The notes under the pieces are model-generated. The model saw only the letters and a list, made by a program, of their open reading frames with translations, ran no database searches and had not been told where the DNA came from. Position numbers and translations under genes: made by a program. 64,000 nucleotides of DNA from an uncultured Rhodobiaceae bacterium. Its GTDB lineage: Bacteria > Pseudomonadota > Alphaproteobacteria > Rhizobiales > TMED25. Each line of letters starts with the position of its first letter. Positions within the stretch are counted from its first letter, which is position 1. This document shows, in pieces, positions 61,928-64,000 of the stretch. The stretch spans positions 44,905 through 108,904 of the forward strand of contig CAJWPC010000005.1 in NCBI GenBank assembly GCA_913045225.1. The letters are read 5' to 3'.

Positions 61928-63001
61928 ATGAAATCAAATAAACAAGAGACAGGAGTTGCGGTAATTGGTGCCGGTGGCATTGGTAACCTGAGAGCGCATT
62001 CCTGTAAGCAAATAACCCAAGTAGACTACTTAGCGGTTTGTGATATCAAAGATGAGAAATTAGAGAGCGTTGCCGAGTCTGTCAAAGCGGATATTGCAAC
62101 AAATAACTATTCAGATGCGATAGAGGATAGTCGAGTTGGTGCTGTAATCATTTCTACAGACGAAGAGAATCATTACGATGCAACAATGAAAGCTGTTGAG
62201 CTTGGAAAGTCTGTGCTCATAGAAAAACCTTTTGTTTTGGATCTTAATGAGGCTGATAACATACTGGCAAAGGCAAAAGAAACGGGTGCCGAAGTTTTCG
62301 TTGGTTATACACAAAGATTCAGAAGAAAATTTCTCCTCGCAAAGGAAGCTGTCAGAAAGGGTCAGTTGGGAGATATAGTATTCTCTATGGGAAAGATTTA
62401 TGTAACACGAGCCGTTGGTGAAGCTGTTGCCGGACGATCACCAAATACGACGCCGTCAATTAATACTGGCACCTATCTAGTTGATTTGATGTTGTGGTAC
62501 AACGAGGGTAAAAAACCTGTGGAAGTATACGCTAAATCGGCTAGCAATGTATTCAAAAGTTATAACAGAGATGATTTTCAATGGATGCTTGTCACATATG
62601 ACGATGGATCTGTATCATCGCTTGGTACAAGCTGGCTACAACCTAGACACTGGCCCGCCTACACAGCTACAATGGAAATTGACCTTCAAGGGACAAATGG
62701 ATCGCTAAATATTGATGATGCTCACAGGGACGTTGTTCTTGTCCCGGGAGATCCAATTCCTTGCCCTTACACTCCTCAACATAATGTTGATGTTGCATTT
62801 CTTGGATCCGCAATGCCGGGTGATTTTGTTATGGGTGAATTCTTTGGCCCAATGAAGGAGGAGACGGACGCCTTCATAAGGCACACTTTGGGCATGGGTG
62901 GTGTTGGTCTCACAACAGGTGAGGAAGCTAGGGTTGTTTTAGCTTTGACAATGGCGGCAGACAGATCAGCAAAAGAAGGGGTTCCAATAAAACTAGAGTA
63001 A
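61928..63001 (+). CDS. Gfo/Idh/MocA family NAD(P)-dependent oxidoreductase
   Basis: VIGAGGIG, VLIEKP, VGYTQRF. Confidence 0.88.
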   Translation: MKSNKQETGVAVIGAGGIGNLRAHSCKQITQVDYLAVCDIKDEKLESVAESVKADIATNNYSDAIEDSRVGAVIISTDEENHYDATMKAVELGKSVLIEKPFVLDLNEADNILAKAKETGAEVFVGYTQRFRRKFLLAKEAVRKGQLGDIVFSMGKIYVTRAVGEAVAGRSPNTTPSINTGTYLVDLMLWYNEGKKPVEVYAKSASNVFKSYNRDDFQWMLVTYDDGSVSSLGTSWLQPRHWPAYTATMEIDLQGTNGSLNIDDAHRDVVLVPGDPIPCPYTPQHNVDVAFLGSAMPGDFVMGEFFGPMKEETDAFIRHTLGMGGVGLTTGEEARVVLALTMAADRSAKEGVPIKLE

Positions 63002-63006
63002 TTTAT

Positions 63007-63651
63007 ATGACTGAGTTAAACGTTGATCCAAATACGCTATCGAGGCAGGATCGGTATAAATTAATGTGCGCCTTAGTAATTCCAAGGCCTATCGCGTTAG
63101 TAACAACAATATCAAAAGATGGAATAGTTAACGCGGCACCTTTCTCTTTTTTTAACGTTTTCTCTGATAAACCTTCAATAGTCGCGCTTGGTGTAAACTC
63201 ACGTCCCGACGGGGGGATGAAGGATACCTCAGCAAACATAAATTATAAAAAAGAATTTGTTGTGCACATGGTTACATTTGAAATTGCAGAGCAGATGAAT
63301 ATCAGCTGTGTTAATTTTCCGCCACATATTAGTGAGATTGAAGAAGCTGGATTTACCCTCAAGAAATCACACATCCTGGATACACCGTCTATAGCGGAAA
63401 GCCTTGTTGCGTTAGAATGCAAACTTCATTCAATTACAAGGTTGGGTGAAGATAGGAATTTAACACTTGGGGAAGTTATTAACGTATCCACCAATACAGA
63501 TGTGCTGGATACCGAAAAGAATTATGTAAACATAGAAAACTATAAGCCCATTGCAAGGTTGTTTGGGAATATGTATTCTGAGTTATCAGATTTCTTTGAA
63601 TTGGAAAGACTGAACTACGAGCAATGGATTCAAGATAAAGAGGAGAAATAA
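63007..63651 (+). CDS. Flavin reductase-like (FMN-binding split barrel) protein
   Basis: VIPRPIALVTT, NAAPFSFFN, KDTSANI, PIARLFG. Confidence 0.88.
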   Translation: MTELNVDPNTLSRQDRYKLMCALVIPRPIALVTTISKDGIVNAAPFSFFNVFSDKPSIVALGVNSRPDGGMKDTSANINYKKEFVVHMVTFEIAEQMNISCVNFPPHISEIEEAGFTLKKSHILDTPSIAESLVALECKLHSITRLGEDRNLTLGEVINVSTNTDVLDTEKNYVNIENYKPIARLFGNMYSELSDFFELERLNYEQWIQDKEEK

Positions 63652-64000
63652 TGGATTTTAATTTTACACAACAGCAAGATGAAATGAGAACTCATTTGGA
63701 GACTTTCTTAAATAAGATATGCCCTGAAGAGTATGTTGAGAAATGTGACAAAGATGGTGTCCCACCTTATGAGGCTTATAAAGCACTTTGTGATGCGGGT
63801 TGGTTGGGTTTAATTATTCCAGAGGAGTATGGGGGTACTGGCGGTGATGCAGTTGACCTTGCAATTCTTCTTGAAGAAACTGGAAAAAGGTTTGAGGAAC
63901 TAGCAATGTGGGTCTTTCGTACTATGACATGGGGCGCATTTGCTGTTATGGCCCATGGATCTGAAGAGCAAAAAAAATTCTTTTTACCAAAAATTGCAAA
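63651..64000 (+). CDS. Acyl-CoA dehydrogenase, 3'-truncated by the window edge
   Basis: TAATG coupling; MDFNFTQQQDEMR...GWLGLIIPEEYGGTG...HGSEEQKKFFLPKIA. Confidence 0.88.
   Translation, partial: MDFNFTQQQDEMRTHLETFLNKICPEEYVEKCDKDGVPPYEAYKALCDAGWLGLIIPEEYGGTGGDAVDLAILLEETGKRFEELAMWVFRTMTWGAFAVMAHGSEEQKKFFLPKIA

Noticed and set aside
54060-64000. Prophage or integrative element at tRNA-Lys
   Set aside because: No integrase, transposase, phage gene or repeat of the tRNA 3' end is visible in the window

Overview
Low-GC, tightly packed chromosomal segment from a streamlined alphaproteobacterium. It is probably Hyphomicrobiales/Rhizobiales-like, inferred from gene order, the GyrA C-terminal acidic insert and the UvrA '[11 protein letters not shown]' insert. 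Positions 1-54 kb are core genome: BMP binding protein, mrp-DUF971, metC, dnaE, rpsB-tsf-pyrH-frr-uppS-cdsA-dxr-rseP-bamA-lpxD-fabZ-lpxA-lpxI-lpxB, gltA-gltX-lexA-moeA-moaC-trpCDGE-ppiD, tpiA-secG-pyrG-serS-surE-nlpD, yajC-secDF, trmFO, uvrA/ssb, gyrA-coaD-cyclophilin-queA-tgt and tRNA-Lys(UUU). After the tRNA comes an accessory catabolic cluster: VOC enzyme, two EamA transporters, an orphan Mo-hydroxylase large subunit, GMC oxidase, nitroreductase, Gfo/Idh/MocA oxidoreductase, flavin reductase and acyl-CoA dehydrogenase. The best new signal is an unannotated 34-aa hydrophobic ORF (3754-3858). It lies behind a promoter covered by tandem LexA boxes that match the lexA gene's own operator at 17/19 nt, and is followed by a perfect DnaA box and dnaE. 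It is a candidate SOS-induced, SidA-like division inhibitor. Also notable are a uvrA with no in-frame canonical start, an rpsB leader pseudoknot, a second small membrane ORF and a transglutaminase-like lipoprotein. No CRISPR array, rRNA, transposase or integrase was seen.
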